In this document: positions 63,601 through 64,000 of the stretch, piece after piece
Position numbering within the stretch: position 1 is the first letter of the stretch
How the letters are laid out: every line of letters begins with the position of its first letter
Origin: Leucoraja ocellata
Lineage: Eukaryota
Direction of reading: 5' to 3'
NCBI GenBank assembly: GCA_036785375.1
Contig: JAWMAR010000531.1
Location: 930,001 to 994,000, forward strand
Length of the DNA stretch: 64,000 nt
The notes under the pieces: generated by a model
Told to the model about the DNA's origin: nothing
Seen by the model: the letters and a program-made list of their open reading frames with translations, nothing else
Databases searched by the model: none
Program-made: the position numbers and the translations under genes

Positions 63601-64000
63601 TCTTCTAGCAAAGCGTTGCACACTTTCTGTTTAAAAAAGACATGCAAAGTGTGCCCCCTTCAAACGTCCCCTCGCCTACTTTAATAAACTATATTATATA
63701 ATACTTCGGCCCTGGACTCCTAAGTAAAGCGACTTATCTTCACTAAGGGTATTAGAGCAATAGATAGGGATATGAAATCGATGCAGTTTCTGGCCAACAA
63801 CACATTAATCCCCAAAATAAATCAATGGATAGGGATTCAATAAACCGACAGTGTTAGTTAACGTGTAGAAAGGAACTGCAGATGCTGGTTTAAATCGAAG
63901 ATCGATACAAAATGCTCGAGTAACGCAGCGGGACAGGAAACGTCTCTAGATAGAAGGAAAGGGTGACGTTTCGGGTCTGAAGCAGGGTCTCGACCGGAAA

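Larger units (their letters stand above)
56921..64000 (+). repeat. Segmental duplication copy D (contains cluster 5), continues past the window end
   Basis: Paralog of 45458-52650. Confidence 0.9.

Overview
Vertebrate genomic DNA, most likely a cartilaginous fish (skate/ray/shark; inferred from gene organisation and repeat content). It holds five tandem immunoglobulin light-chain clusters, all on the + strand, each built as promoter - leader exon - germline-joined VJ exon (no RSS) - C exon - AATAAA. Clusters 1-3 (5.8-8.8, 22.3-26.0, 37.7-41.5 kb) have the type II/lambda V signature (WYWQK..S.PV.VW, MHLTI) and an E-box + octamer promoter. Clusters 4-5 (47.4-49.2, 58.9-60.7 kb) have a different V family (WYQQIPG, long CDR2) on the same lambda-like C family, and promoters with two inverted CCAAT boxes but no octamer. 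Clusters 2/3 and 4/5 are recent segmental duplicates (periods about 15.4 and 11.4 kb) whose differences pile up in the CDRs, often as tandem substitutions. Clusters 3 and 4 carry 1-nt homopolymer frameshifts (pseudogenes or assembly errors). Intergenic DNA is CR1, Rex1/Babar-like and L1-like LINE fragments, a hAT MITE with an 8-bp TSD, fold-back repeats with minimal hammerhead-ribozyme cores, a 1.1-kb G/A tract, microsatellites and two N gaps. All coordinates and alignments were made by eye.
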